A stretch of 64,000 nt of DNA from Eledone cirrhosa (taxonomy: Eukaryota), in the NCBI GenBank assembly GCA_964016885.1, contig OZ024743.1, forward strand, positions 3,782,001 through 3,846,000, given 5' to 3'. Positions 40,647 to 54,237 of this stretch are shown in pieces (position 1 is the first letter of the stretch; each line of letters starts with the position of its first letter). The position numbers and the translations under genes were made by a program. Under the pieces are notes generated by a model. It was not told the origin of the DNA and searched no databases. It saw nothing but the letters and a program-made list of their open reading frames with translations.

Positions 40647-40760
40647 CTTCTTCTTCTTCTTCTTCTTCTTCTTCTTCTTCTTCTTCTTCTTCTTCTTCTT
40701 CTTCTTCTTCTTCTTCTTCTTCTTCTTCTTCTTCTTCTTCTTCTTCTTCTTCTTCTTCTT

Positions 40761-40853
<93 letters not shown>
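40647..40853. repeat. Compound (TTC)n-(TTA)n microsatellite
   Basis: Seen directly. Confidence 0.98.
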
Positions 40854-40854
<1 letters not shown>

Positions 40855-40975
40855 CTTACATTAAACTATAATTACACTCCTTATTCCTTACATTAAACTG
40901 TAACTATGTTGACACTATTTAAATAACGTCTTCCTTGTGAATTGTGTGGTCTTGTTTTGCTTAACTAATGAATAT
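40851..40975 (-). repeat. Right arm of long-range inverted repeat (partner 29361-29483)
   Basis: Reverse-complement match with a few substitutions. Confidence 0.9.
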
Positions 40976-41460
40976 ATATATATATATATAAAACATGAGA
41001 AGAAAGAAGAATACTGCGTGGTTGGACATGGGTTACATATGATAAAAATAGTCATTCGTCAGTGATTTTCCAACCATCATTGGTATTTCATCGCATTAAA
41101 AATCATATACCTCAGGTTGGTGCGAGCAATAGCTAAAAAAAGTTATTGGGACCAGTAAATCACGGCAAGCGAGGGGGACAAGTAAACAACATAGAAGGAT
41201 AAAAGCAAACCAAACATAGGAAAAAAAACAAGCAACATGGTAGTCCTGGTCAGCATAAGCTGGGTGGATTTCATGAGCGAAAGGGACAGACCGTCCGACG
41301 TGAGTGAGATGTAAGCAAGAAGAGACCCACTACAAGCAAAACGGGAGGAAGTGAGAAGGGGAGAAACAGAGAGTGAGTGAGTGGAAGTGTGAGGAAGATG
41401 TCAGTCGAGAGAAAGTGTAAATATATATATATATATAATGTATAATAAACAATACAATAT

Positions 41461-41531
41461 AATTACCTCATTACCAGAGGTTTCTTGAATAAGACGAATA
41501 CAAGACACGTCCTCATTCGTTCGTCAGACAA
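41461..41531 (-). ncRNA. Hammerhead-like motif (inverted copy)
   Basis: Reverse complement of 44752-44822 with two substitutions. Confidence 0.55.
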
Positions 41532-42354
41532 GGCAATTTAAAACATAGTGAAATATTTGAAAAATCTCCTCAAGAAAGGCAAAAGTTTAACGGGTAAAAA
41601 AATATATAAATAAAAGTAATGCAAGAGATATATAAAAATAAAATAAGGAAATATAGTTATGGGTATGTGTATAAATGTGTGTATATTCACTCACAAATGT
41701 ACATATGTGTGTATGTACATATGCATGTATATAGTAAAAAAATGTATGCGTAAGTACATATATGAGGGCAAGCATATCAGTGTGTGTGTGACCAGAAATA
41801 CGTATATAATATATGTTGAAAAAGAAATTGTAAGATAATAGAGTTAACGTACATCCAGGCTCAGGTACTAAGGATTGAAATATATACACATACAAGTATG
41901 AAAGCACGCGTATAAACACACACACACGCGCAACCACATACAAGCAAGTGATATATACAGGGAAGGGAGTGTATCAATCAAATCAGTGTCAGGCTGAAGG
42001 TCGATACACATATATAAAAATATAAAATATGAAAATGAAAAAACGAAAAAATGAAAAAATGAAAAAAATGAAAAAATGAAAAAATGAAAAAATGAAAAAA
42101 ATACATGAGAAAAAAAAATTAGATCAAAGAGAAAGTAAGAGGGAAGGGTTATCAATTATAACGTAACACTAGAAAAAATAGCATACATAGGTTCGTACAT
42201 ACACATATATATATAATATATATATATAAATACGTACAGACAAAAGCACATACATACGTACATACATACACACGAAGCACACATATATATATACGTACAT
42301 GTACATCTAATCACACGCACGGACGCGACTATATATATATATACATATATGCAT

Positions 42355-42467
<113 letters not shown>

Positions 42468-42797
42468 CACACACACACATATATATAAGTATGTAAAATA
42501 CATAGATATAAAAACACGCATACACACACATATATACACACACACGCGCACATACAAATGCATTCGTATACATATACAAACACGCATTCACACACATGCA
42601 CGCTCACACGCATAGATACAATATAAAAACCACCCGTATGAATAAATGAGTACAAATTATACGCAAGTAAACATACATAAAAGCGGCTGAGAGACAACAG
42701 AATATATCTGGAGTTGAAAACGCAAGTGACATGTGATATCAGGTAGTGAAAGAAAATGGGGAAGTAAAATATGTAAAATTGTGAAGATATAAAGTAA

Positions 42798-43405
42798 GTG
42801 AATCAAACTAATGTAGGCAAAACATTCCTAGAGCTCTTAGATAAGCATTTCCCTAGAACAAATAGATACTATAAGATCTTCAATAGAAACTGTGTCAAAA
42901 TCAGCTACTCCTGCAGTCCCCCTATTAAATCTTATATCCTCAATAAGAAAATACCCAGAGAACATCAAAATTGCTCCTGTAGAGTCAAAAGTGAATGCCC
43001 ATTACAAGATAAATGCAACACCAAAGCCATTGTATATGCGGCTAAAGTGACAACCACCAACAACAACCTACCAGCCACCAGCGAACGATATGTGGGTATG
43101 ACACAAGACAAATTCAAAACGCGTTATTACTCACATGTCGCATCTTTCCGACATCCTGAAAAAGACCAAGGTATCCAATATAAATTAGATTGGTCAATTT
43201 TGAACCAACCTAAAGGATATGCAAGAGGAACAAGAAGATGCGCACTCTGCATAAGCGAAAAATATTGGACTTTACAGAACATAAATCACCAAAAACCTGT
43301 CTAAATGCAAAAACAGATATTTTCACCAGTTGCCCACACATGAAATCACACTTGCTTTCCAGCTCATTTAAACTTAACTCACTTTCAGATACTTATCCTC
43401 CATAA
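42798..43405 (+). pseudogene. PLE linker + GIY-YIG endonuclease (Nematis/Neptune-like)
   Basis: TNVGKTFLELLDKHFP..KIFNRNCVKISYSC, CSCR..CPL..C, IVY..YVGMT..FKTR..H, C.LCISEK; after a frameshift CLNAKTDIFTSCPH. Confidence 0.88.
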
Positions 43406-43872
43406 ACTCTTGTTCTTCACTTTCCTTAAATTACCCTCTTTACAGACTTCTCTTTCTGATTTACTTTTATTTTTATTTTTAACTTTATTTTTACTTCACA
43501 TCCACCAGTGACCCCCCCCCCCCCTCACACCCTGTTTTTGATTCACTTACTTTATATCTTCACAATTTTACATATTTTACTTCCCCATTTTCTTTCACTA
43601 CCTGATATCACATGTCACTTGCGTTTTCAACTCCAGATATTTTCTGTTGTCTCTCAGCCGCTTTTATGTATGTTTACTTGCGTATAATTTGTACTCATTA
43701 TTCATACGGCTGGTTTTTACATTGTATCTATGCGTGTGAGCGTGCATGTGTGTGTATGCGTGTTTGTATATGTATACGAATGCATTCCTATGTGAGCGTG
43801 TGTGTGTATATGTGTGTGTGTATGTGTGTTTTTATATCTATTTTTTTACATACTTATATGTGTGTGTGTGTG

Positions 43873-43915
<43 letters not shown>

Positions 43916-44751
43916 ATATATGTATATATATATATATATATGTATGTGTATGTATATGTGTATATATATATATATAGTCGCGTGCGTGCGTGTGATTAGA
44001 TGTACATGTACGTATATATATATGTGCTTCGTGTGTATGTATGCGCACCTTTGTATGTACGCATGTATGTGCTTTTGTCTGTACGTATTTATATATATAT
44101 ATTATATATATATGTGTATGTACGAACCTATGTATGCTATTTTTTCTAGTGTTACGTTATAATTGATAACCCCTCCTTCTTACTTTCTCTTTGATTTAAT
44201 TTTTTTATTCTCATACTTTTTTTCATTTTTTCATGTTTTCGTTTTTTCATTTGCATATTTTATATTTTTTATATATTTATCGACCTTCAACCTGACACTG
44301 CTTTGACTGATACACTCCCTTCTCTGTATATATCACTTGCATGTATGCGGTTGTGCGCGTGTGTGTGTTTATGCGCGTGCTTTCATACTTGTATGTGTAT
44401 ATATTTTAATCCTTAGTACCTGAGCCTGGATGTACGTTAACTCTATTATCTTACAATTTCTTTTTCAACATATATTATATACGTATTTGTGGTCACACAT
44501 ACACTGATATGCTTGCCCTCATATATGTACTTACGCACACATTTTTTCACTATACACATGCATATGTACATACACATATATGTACATTTGTTAGTGAATA
44601 TACACAAATTTATACACATACCCTAACTATATTTCCTTATTTTATTTTTATATATCTCTTGCATTACTTTTATTTATATATTTTTTTGCCCGTTAAACTT
44701 TTGCCTTTCTTGAGGAGATTTTTCAAATATTTCACTATGTTTTAAATTGCC

Positions 44752-44822
44752 TTGTCTGACGAACGAATGAGGACGTTTCTTGTATTCGTCTTATTCAGGA
44801 AACCTCTGGTAATGAGGTAATT
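44752..44822 (+). ncRNA. Hammerhead-like motif in PLE pLTR
   Basis: CTGACGA-acgaatgaggacg..cgtcttattcag-GAAA-cctc(tggtaat)gagg-TA; stem I weak. Confidence 0.6.
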
Positions 44823-44921
44823 ATATTGTATTGTTTATTATACATTAAATTTAGCTCTGGTACTTACATAGAGCACTCTTCACTCCTATGAGTTTTTCAA
44901 TTTTCAACGCAAACTTCAATA

Positions 44922-45034
<113 letters not shown>

Positions 45035-45799
45035 ATGTGTGTATGTGATGAGACAACTGATCATGTGAGTACTCGATACATGAGGAGATGTAGAGTGGCA
45101 ATAGGGATATTTGAAATCCCGACTGAGTCGCCAAGCGGTTTCGGCTTGTGTGTTCAACAACCCTTTCGAATATGTGAGTGTGCTGTTGGCTTTGAAGGCA
45201 CATTTATTACAGAGGCGTGAGAGCAGGGACGAAAGCCAGGTGGAATCATAGATAAGAAAGGGGATGAACTATGCAGAAGAAGGTGTGTAGTTTAAGGGTG
45301 CACTTGAAAGCAATGACTGGTGGGTTGGGAAGGAAATGACATGTGAAGGGGCAGAAAGGAGGATTCAGAAGTAAAGGTTGATAGGGCGCTGGATTGGTAA
45401 AGAAGACAGGCGATAGTTGAAGGGAAATAGCAGACGGGTAGTTCAGCGACTAAGGGTACACTCGTCAACAACGGGTGGTGATGCATTCACAAGTGAGCGA
45501 ATAGAGTAGAATAAATAGTTTTTCATAACGATGTAGCAATAGGAAAACAAACAGAGCAGAGGGGTAGATAGCTAAACAAGAAGAGGTGATTAGGAGGAAC
45601 ATTGCAGGCGACTTATTAGCTGTGAGATTGGCACTAGACCATATCTTCAATGTAAAAGACGAAAGTTGCATTGGCACTGCTAAGGCAGGGAAGGAAAAGT
45701 GTTCGATGGACCCGGGTAACAGAAGCACAGCGTAATAACAAATACACAATTCAAACTTTAGCGGAGTGACATGGTCAGGTGCTGCTTGATTCCAAGCAG

Positions 45800-46700
45800 A
45801 TGGGTTCGGCTTTCCTTCGGGACGCTGCAGAATTATTCGACGCAATCGAGGGAATACAGAGAACACCAAATGCGATACGAAAGCCTTGGATGGCTGTAAG
45901 ATGCGTAGATTACCCCCGTTTGGACGGTCTACTCTACGAGACTTACGTAGATATGCCAGACTTGTGCACCGATTTCCTTGCAGCTATCTATTGCAAATGA
46001 CAGTAGAACGGGGGAATTATCAGTTCTGTAAGCCGAGGAATAGTAATACAAATGAGGAAGACGCGACAAAGGGGACGTAATCATAACTCTGCGCTATACA
46101 GAGTTTAATATTTTGGCCAAGCTGATAGTAAATCTGGCTTTGGTGGAGCTATGATGAATTTGGATTAAGCGAAAGCTTTCGAAAGCTGGAGGCTGCCCTC
46201 AAGGCAGTCGGCTTCAGTCCCGTCGTCAGAGGGTGGATCACTTCAATTCACAGCGGCATCTCAATGGTTCGAGTAAATGACTACATTTCGGAACCATTTC
46301 AGATCACGCTTACGGTCCCTCAAGGATGCCCTCCCTGCTGCTTTCTGTATGTGCTGGCTCTCTGTAGAAGCTTGAGAGATCTGGAAGAGCTGCGTCGGCA
46401 AATGAGGACGACGTCAAATACCTCGGATATTGTGGCTGTCGGCAACTTCATAACGGAATAGGATGTGTTAACGGGAGCAAAATTTAATCCGGTCAATTCT
46501 GTAGTTTTGCAGCTCAGTACCTGGAAAGACAAAGCAATGCTGTTCAATATTGGATATAGCTCAGTTCTGTGTCAATCAAAGATTGAGATTGGGTAGCTAG
46601 CATCTTGAATGTTGTTAGGAGTTTGTAGCCCTCTACCCGTTGGGTAAAGCGGTCAGTCGAAATTTCACGTTAGCGTTCTTTTGAGGACTAATGGTATGGA
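45800..46700 (+). pseudogene. Decayed Tx1-like RT fragment
   Basis: LDGLLYETYVDMPDL, KAF, VGFSPVVRGWI, VRVNDYISEPFQI..VPQGCP..LYVLAL, homologous to ORF2 at 30620-30970. Confidence 0.72.
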
Positions 46701-47459
46701 AGTGTGATGACGTTCTCGGAGAAACTCTAGGCACCAACGAGAAAGAACTAAGCTGATATTGTTGTTTTTTGTTGTTGTTGGTGCTTGTGGTAGTGGTGCT
46801 GCTGGTGGTGTTGGTTGAATATCTACATTTATATATTACATAATTTATGATATAGAAACGTATTCCTTTCTGGTAGTTAGATTCAAGTTTCTGTTTCAAT
46901 CGGGTGACTTAACTAATAAGCTCTTTGGTAATACTTCGGTAATGATTAGTTCATTCTGTGCAATCGCTGTAAATCAAAAGTTGGAGTTTATATAATATAC
47001 ACATCATACTCATATCAACATTTTCTATTTTAATAGGAGAGTTCAATTATTAATATTTTATTGGTATTGGTTTTCTTTCTAATTGGGGTGGGATGGGGGA
47101 TAATTTAATCTGGAGATGTCTTATATTGATTTGAGTGCAATCGTTGTTTTTTGTATGTCTATATATGTGTGTGTCTGCGTGCGCGCGCGTGCGTGTTGTG
47201 TGTGTGTGTGTTGTGCTGTGTGTGTGTGTGTATGTGTGTGTGTGTGCGTGTTTACATATGGTTGATGAGTTTGGTTTATACAAACATTAATTATAAATAA
47301 TACATTGTAAGCTGAACATGGAAAACAAATCAGTTAATGAATTACGTGTGCTGCTTTCATACACATTGGTCTTGGACATTTCTTTTATTTTCTTTGTTAT
47401 TGTTTCAATGACGTGATTTAGTCGGGTGCTGTTCTATTTAGTCAAGTGTCAGTTACTTC

Positions 47460-47461
47460 TA

Positions 47462-47497
<36 letters not shown>

Positions 47498-47500
47498 TGG

Positions 47501-47571
<71 letters not shown>

Positions 47572-47578
47572 TCTTCTG

Positions 47579-47637
<59 letters not shown>

Positions 47638-47683
47638 GCTTCTTCTTCTTTTGCTGCCGCTGCAGCTACTGCTACTACTGCTG

Positions 47684-47753
<70 letters not shown>
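47460..47753. repeat. (CTA)n/(CTG)n microsatellite
   Basis: Seen directly. Confidence 0.97.
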
Positions 47754-47771
47754 AAGAAACGCTATAAAGAC

Positions 47772-48000
47772 AATAATAATTGTTTCAATTATTGGCCACA
47801 AGGGCCGACATATAGGGGACAATACAATAGACAGGGACAGCGAGGATTTTACACAAAAATCGAGTAAAAATACAAATAACAATAACAAAATAACAAGTAA
47901 AATACAAACAACAGGATTCCTCAATAGGGGGGGATAACCATCCAGGGTCGACTCAGGTACCCCACCAATTCTGAACCACCCAAGACTTCGAGGGTATCCA
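47772..48000 (-). mobile_element. Tx1-like LINE 3' UTR only
   Basis: Reverse complement matches 2910-3150; ends ggcccttgtggccaataattgaaacaattattatt. Confidence 0.85.
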
Positions 48001-48093
48001 GAGTAAAATAGTAAAACTAAAAAAAAAAAACCCCCCCAAAACCCCCCAAAAAGAAACCATGTGTGTGAAATATGGTTTCAATATGTTGGTATA

Positions 48094-48242
48094 TTACTCT
48101 TTTACCTGTTCCAGCCATCCGGCTGAGGCCATGCTGGGGCACAACCCTTGAAAAAGATTACATGTACCTCTTGACCAGGATTGAACCCAAGCTCAGAGTC
48201 TCCACCGTCTCTAGTACCTACCGCTAGGCCACTGAAACAGCT
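48094..48242 (-). mobile_element. Second tRNA-derived SINE family
   Basis: Minus strand: A-box-like tggcctagcgg, B-box ggttcaatcc, tail ccagcatggcc..gaacaggtaaaagagtaa resembling another octopus SINE tail (recalled). Confidence 0.65.
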
Positions 48243-48943
48243 AGTGTCAAAGTATTTATAACAGTTTATATACGTATTCCAGGAAAGAAAAATATAATTA
48301 AAGACAAATCCCGATAGAAAATGAACAAATTATATGAATGAAGGGGGATGGTGGCGTGTTATGCAAATCTAAATAAGCCCCGTAGGAAAGTGGTCGACAG
48401 TTATAGAATATTATGAAATCGATAAATTTAATTGATACAATGAACTAAAACCGCCTAGATTACTATACAGTTATTACATCCAATATTAATATAACATTGG
48501 CCCAAAGTCATATAATTATAGAGTCAAACGATTAGGAAAATTAGTAAATAGAAAATCTCCTTATAATATATAACTAGCAATTTCTCTGTCTGTCTGTCCG
48601 ACAGTGGAAACACGTGCCCGCGTGCGAATGTTTTTTGCGCACGCGTAGAGAGAGAGACTACAAGAGGGGGATAGCGGGAGGGAGAGAGGGGGAATTGAGG
48701 AGTGCTACAGAAACATATATACATTTCTGCGTGGTGTGTGTAATATATATATATATACACACACAGAAATATATATATATACACACAGAAATATATATAC
48801 ATTTCTGTGCGTGTAATATATATATATATATATATACACAGACAGAAATATATATACATTTCTGTGTGTGTAATATATATATATATACACACACAGAAAT
48901 ATATATACATTTCTGTGTGTGTGTATATATATATATGCGTGTA

Positions 48944-48980
<37 letters not shown>

Positions 48981-49024
48981 GAAATATATATACATTTCTG
49001 TGTGTGTAATATATATATATATAA

Positions 49025-49395
49025 CTCACTCAGATGGTGGATGGGTGCTACACGAGAATGCTGAGGATGGCTCTGAACATTAATCAGTATACACTGAGGA
49101 TGAAAAACTCAGAGCTGTATGGGAGCATCCCAAAAGTCAGCTCAAAAGTGACACAGAGGAGACTGAGGTTAGCTGGACATGCTCACCGACATCCAGAGTT
49201 GACATTGCACTCAGTGCTCCTTTGGGAGCCCCTACATGGACACACTGGAAGAGGAACACCAAGGTTGACGTATGTTGATGCCCTAAGGTCAGACACTGCT
49301 CTGTTGGAGACGCAGGATATGGCAGCGATAATGAGGGACAGAGACCGCTGGAGAGAACTCGTCCATGGATCTCGGGAATTTTACCCGCCTTCGAG
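49025..49395 (+). mobile_element. RTE-clade LINE 3' fragment
   Basis: DGCYTRMLRMALN..LYG..RRLRLAGH..WEP..DRDRWR. Confidence 0.82.
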
Positions 49396-49745
49396 ATATA
49401 TATATATTACACACACAGAAATGTATATATATTTCTGTGTGTATATATATATATATTACACACACAGAAATGTATATATATATACACACAGAAATATATA
49501 TACATCCCTTAGCTACTGTACTGTATCTGTTGCTATCTCTCTTCTCTCTCCAGCTATCCCTCTCTTTTAGTCTGTCTGTTTCTCTCACTCTCACTCTTTC
49601 TCTTTGCAACACGCTAACATTGCTCCCTTCTATCGCTGTGACGAATGGGGAGATGGGGGAGGAGGAGGAGGAGAGAGTCACTTCGTCACTTCACCTCTGC
49701 CTTTCTTTCTCTCCCCTCTCACCCCCTCATTACGTACAGACATTA

Positions 49746-49940
49746 GGGCGGTGGATTGACAGAATCTGTAGAGAGTCGGACACCATGCTTCATAGCATGG
49801 AGTTACGTCCCTTTACGGTCTGAGTTCAAATACCGCCGAGGTTAACTTTGCCTTTCATCCTCACGGGAGTCGATAAAATAAAGTACCAGTAATGTACTGG
49901 GTAATTGCTGGCCTTGTGCCAAAAGTAGAAACAATTATTA
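49746..49940 (+). mobile_element. SINE
   Basis: Full head-to-tail match. Confidence 0.92.
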
Positions 49941-50191
49941 GAAACATTGCTTCATTTTTACATATCTAAACATTAGTAAAATAACTAATAATTTCAAAAG
50001 TAATTTTTCAATTTCAATTGTTATGAACAGCAAAACATTAATAATAATTTTGTTCTAAGAAATATATATACATTTCTGTGTGTGTAATATATATATATAT
50101 ACACACACAGAAATATATATACATTTCTGTGTGTGTAATATATATATATAATATATATATACACACAGAAATATAAATACATTTCTGTGTG

Positions 50192-50240
<49 letters not shown>

Positions 50241-50842
50241 GAAATATATACATTTCTGTGTGTGTAATATATATATATATATATACACACACAGAAATAT
50301 ATGGGCATTTCTCTGTTTGTCTGTCTGTCTGTCTGTCCTTCCCTAAAACTCAAATGTAGGTGCTACAGAAATATTACCTTCCCCTTCCTTTCTCCACTTT
50401 GGTACTACCAAGAGAAACCCTGTCGCTATAGAAACATTACCTTCCCCTCTCCACTGACTTTGGTCACTGAGGCCGAGGGAATCGCTGGTTGCTATAGAGA
50501 CACCTTGCACAAGCCAGAAGTATCCAGTTCGAGGCGGTTCTGACTTGACACCATGCCAAGGACCATTTGAAGATATATTTCCATCGTTATATCATAACGT
50601 TTATGTATCATAACGTTTATATTTCCGTCACTAATCTCTTTTTCTCCTTTCTCGTTTTAACATATATTTATTTCAAAGATTTCACCGTATAGATAACATA
50701 TATATTTATACATGCATAAAAGACACACCGAGAGACGGTGAACATGTGGTGCCGAAAACATTTCTCATCCAAATCTCAACAATATCAGTATATACACTAG
50801 ATTCGCTAGCAGAAAACCGCCCACCGGCTGGTTTTCTGCTAG

Positions 50843-51622
50843 TCTATATATATAAAACTGAGGATCTCTGTGCGTGTGTGTGTGAGTTTGAATCCCTAAA
50901 ACTCCAGAACCACCCAACCGACTGTTTTCAAACTTTACACATGTAATACTTATGTGTCAGGGAGTGATCTGAGCAAAAAGAATTCAAATTTTCAATGCCC
51001 TAGGGACTCCATTATGCGATTTAGCGATATCTCTCTATAATTCTTAGTCTTTCTCTTTTTAGATAGATACATACATATAACGTCGCGCTCTTATAATATC
51101 TGTCTGTATGTCTGGCTGTCTGCGTTACGTCACTTTCCCGAGGATATGTTATGTGTGTGTGTGAGTGTGTGTGTGTCTGTGTGTGTCTGTGAGGTTGAAT
51201 CCCTAAAACTCGAGAAGTGCCCAACCGATGTTTTTCAAACTTTACATGTGCATTACTTATGTTTCAGGGAGTGTTATGCACATAAAAAATTCAACTTTTT
51301 GATCTCCTAGGTGAAAAACTGGGTTAATTTAGGTGTTTTTTAGGCATTACTTCAGACCGATTTCCTTGACATTGTAACTATGTATTAGTCAGTCTCTTCT
51401 TCATACCGTGACCAAAGAAAATCCAACTTTTTTATGGCCTAGGTGAAAACCTGAATTTTCCCTGCTTCATCGAGGAAAATCTTAAAGATTATCCAGCCAT
51501 CAGAGTATTCGGTTTATTTTCTTTACATATTGTCCAGGCATGCAGTTTTTCCACGATTAGGTCTGATGGCGGCCCGCGTTCCAAAATGCCTTATCCCGTG
51601 CAACGCCGGGCACCACTGCTAG
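50843..51622 (+). mobile_element. Helitron-like non-autonomous element B
   Basis: 5' TCTATATATATAAAACTGAGG; 3' hairpin cccgtgcaacgccggg then actgCTAG|T; internal duplicated block (50870-51005 and 51170-51310). Confidence 0.72.
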
Positions 51623-51702
51623 TAAGAAATAAAATAGAACTGATATTTACAAAAAATGCTTGTTGATGTCTCGATCAAGGTTAAGGTATATAAGGTTAAG
51701 GA

Positions 51703-51766
<64 letters not shown>

Positions 51767-51769
<3 letters not shown>

Positions 51770-51913
51770 CTTTATGATCTGAGTTCAAATCCCGCCGAGG
51801 TTAACTTTACCTTTCATCCTAACGGGGTCGATAAAATAAAGTACAAGTCACGACTTAATCGACTTTCCCCTCCCCCAAAATTGCTGGCCTTGTGCCTATG
51901 TAAGAAACCATTA
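51767..51913 (+). mobile_element. 5'-truncated SINE
   Basis: B-box, core and tail. Confidence 0.85.
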
Positions 51914-52139
51914 TATATATATGATGAATATATGATGATGATTATTATCGCCAGGTAATTTTAATATGAATAATTTTACTATGATAAAATGTTTTCTTGT
52001 ACTCTTTACACATCATCTCCGTCAATGTTTGATTTTTAATAAATGCTCAGATCTGTTCATTAGAATCTTTGAATTTGCCTACAGCTGATATGGCGTTAGT
52101 TTTGATTTTCTCAGACTTGACATCTATAAATTTGGTAGC

Positions 52140-52230
<91 letters not shown>

Positions 52231-52423
52231 TTGTGTGTGTGTGTATGTGTGTGTGTGTGTGCGTGCGCGCGTGTGTAGTGCGGTTAAGTAGGGTCCTTAT
52301 CCGTGGAGGTTACGTTGTAACGCGGCGAGGATAAACCGGTTTCAGCAGTCCAAAAATCACTTCACCTCACTAGTGTATCCCATACGCGCACAAACACACA
52401 TACATGCACACACACACACACTT

Positions 52424-52491
<68 letters not shown>

Positions 52492-53321
52492 ATATGTATG
52501 CGATTTGGTGGGGTTATATATTTTGGACATAATACGGGCCAAATTTCCAGACTTCCATACAGGAATAAATAATTTACGATATTTAAACTTAAATTCTATA
52601 TTCCCTACCAACCGTTTTTCCCAACTAATTTTTATATATGAAGTATATACTGATTTATCTATTAATAATAACAAATATACAAATTTATCTTGCACATGTA
52701 GAATTCATTGAATCGATAACAATATGTGTGCATTCCTTAGTTTATTTAATTTCAGAAAGGATTTACACTGGGAAAAACGAGGTGGAAGTTTATAGTGTAA
52801 GCGTTATTTAATTCACCTCGCCATGATTATTGTCTTCGTGTGAATCATGTAATCATGTAATGGTGGTATAAATAGATTCTAGAATGTTATATGAATAAAT
52901 ACATTGATTGGAATATAATTTAAATATTACTACCTTAATGAATCAAATGATTTTTTTTGTGGCACGATGTGCTGTCTCTGATGTATACTTCCAGCTATAC
53001 TTCTGCTTATGTAAAAATCATGTAATCAATTTCTATTGTAAATAGAATTAGTATTAGATGACCTCCAACTTTGAAGCAGGTATAGTTTGGAAATATGGCT
53101 AACCACTGTAAACAACGAAATGATTTGATAACGACAGGAATTTGTTAGCTTGTAATGATGAATAATTATTGATTATATATGTAAATGCGCGTACACAAAA
53201 ACATAAAACACGCTCGCCTACATGCAAATAAACTCGTCTGCAAATACTCAAAGTAACACCCACTCCTATTTCACAGCTACACACACACACACACATACAC
53301 ACACACACGCACACACACACA

Positions 53322-53404
<83 letters not shown>

Positions 53405-53407
53405 ACA

Positions 53408-53464
<57 letters not shown>

Positions 53465-53626
53465 ACATATATATATGAATATACAAAAAAGTGAAATGTG
53501 AGTGCGTCTATTTAAATCCATATACATAGTATATATAGGCATGTTCACTAACAAACACACACACTCATATATATGTATGTATGTATCTCTCTCTCCCTCT
53601 CTCTATATATATATGTATATATATAC

Positions 53627-53707
<81 letters not shown>

Positions 53708-53892
53708 CGAGATGCGAGAAAAACCACAGGCCCTCCATCTCAATTCTACTTTTGAAAAGCATAAGAACTGTGAAACCAGTAAAGGAAACAAATAAATATT
53801 CTTAAAAAGACTCCAGTTGCATTTTCGATTTTATCTTTTTTTCCTTATACTTTCACATCGCGTTTTTTTTTCATAAAAAAACCCCTCATTTT

Positions 53893-53943
<51 letters not shown>

Positions 53944-53952
<9 letters not shown>

Positions 53953-54237
53953 CAAGGGAAAGCAAATAAAGAAAAAGTTAAAAAAAAAAATTTCAAAAAT
54001 TCACTGTACTTACTATATGTGCCTTTACCGCGGTTTCAGATCCCAAAACAAATAGATAATCCAAGCGGATTTCCATTGAGAAAGAGATCCTCTTCAGAAG
54101 GCTTTTCTCTCTCGGGGAATGTAAGATTCCCGAGTTCGAAATACAAACTGGGGTAAAGGCACATATAGTAAGTACAGTGAATTTTTTGAAATTTATTTAA
54201 ACATTTTTTCTTTATTTGCTTTCCCTTGATTTTATAT
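53944..54237 (-). mobile_element. Fold-back PLE pLTR remnant (arms 53944-54029 and 54152-54237)
   Basis: Inverted repeat abutting (TA)n, with a hammerhead on the minus strand. Confidence 0.75.
54021..54102 (-). ncRNA. Type I hammerhead ribozyme motif, apparently intact
   Basis: gcctt-CTGAAGA-ggatct..ggatct-GAAA-ccgcgg-TA-aaggc; perfect 5-bp stem I, 6-bp stem II (two G-U pairs), palindromic stem III. Confidence 0.85.

Larger units (their letters stand above)
48556..50842 (+). mobile_element. Helitron-like non-autonomous element A (with RTE and SINE inserts)
   Basis: A|TCTCCTTATAATATATAA start shared with 56395; internal minisatellite; ends in hairpin + CTAG. Confidence 0.55.

Noticed and set aside
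40504-40896. Poly-F/L/S/Y ORFs, and similar CV, YI, HT and poly-T ORFs throughout the window
   Set aside because: These are translations of microsatellites with no coding signal
41015-41070. Minus-strand CTGACGA with a short stem II
   Set aside because: GAAA is replaced by GTAA and stem I does not pair; at best a dead relic
45040-45780. Purine-rich segment resembling an antisense LINE remnant
   Set aside because: No diagnostic motif could be read, so it is left unclassified
47426-47937. Mucin-like Thr-rich ORF
   Set aside because: A (CTA)n tract running into the antisense of a LINE 3' UTR
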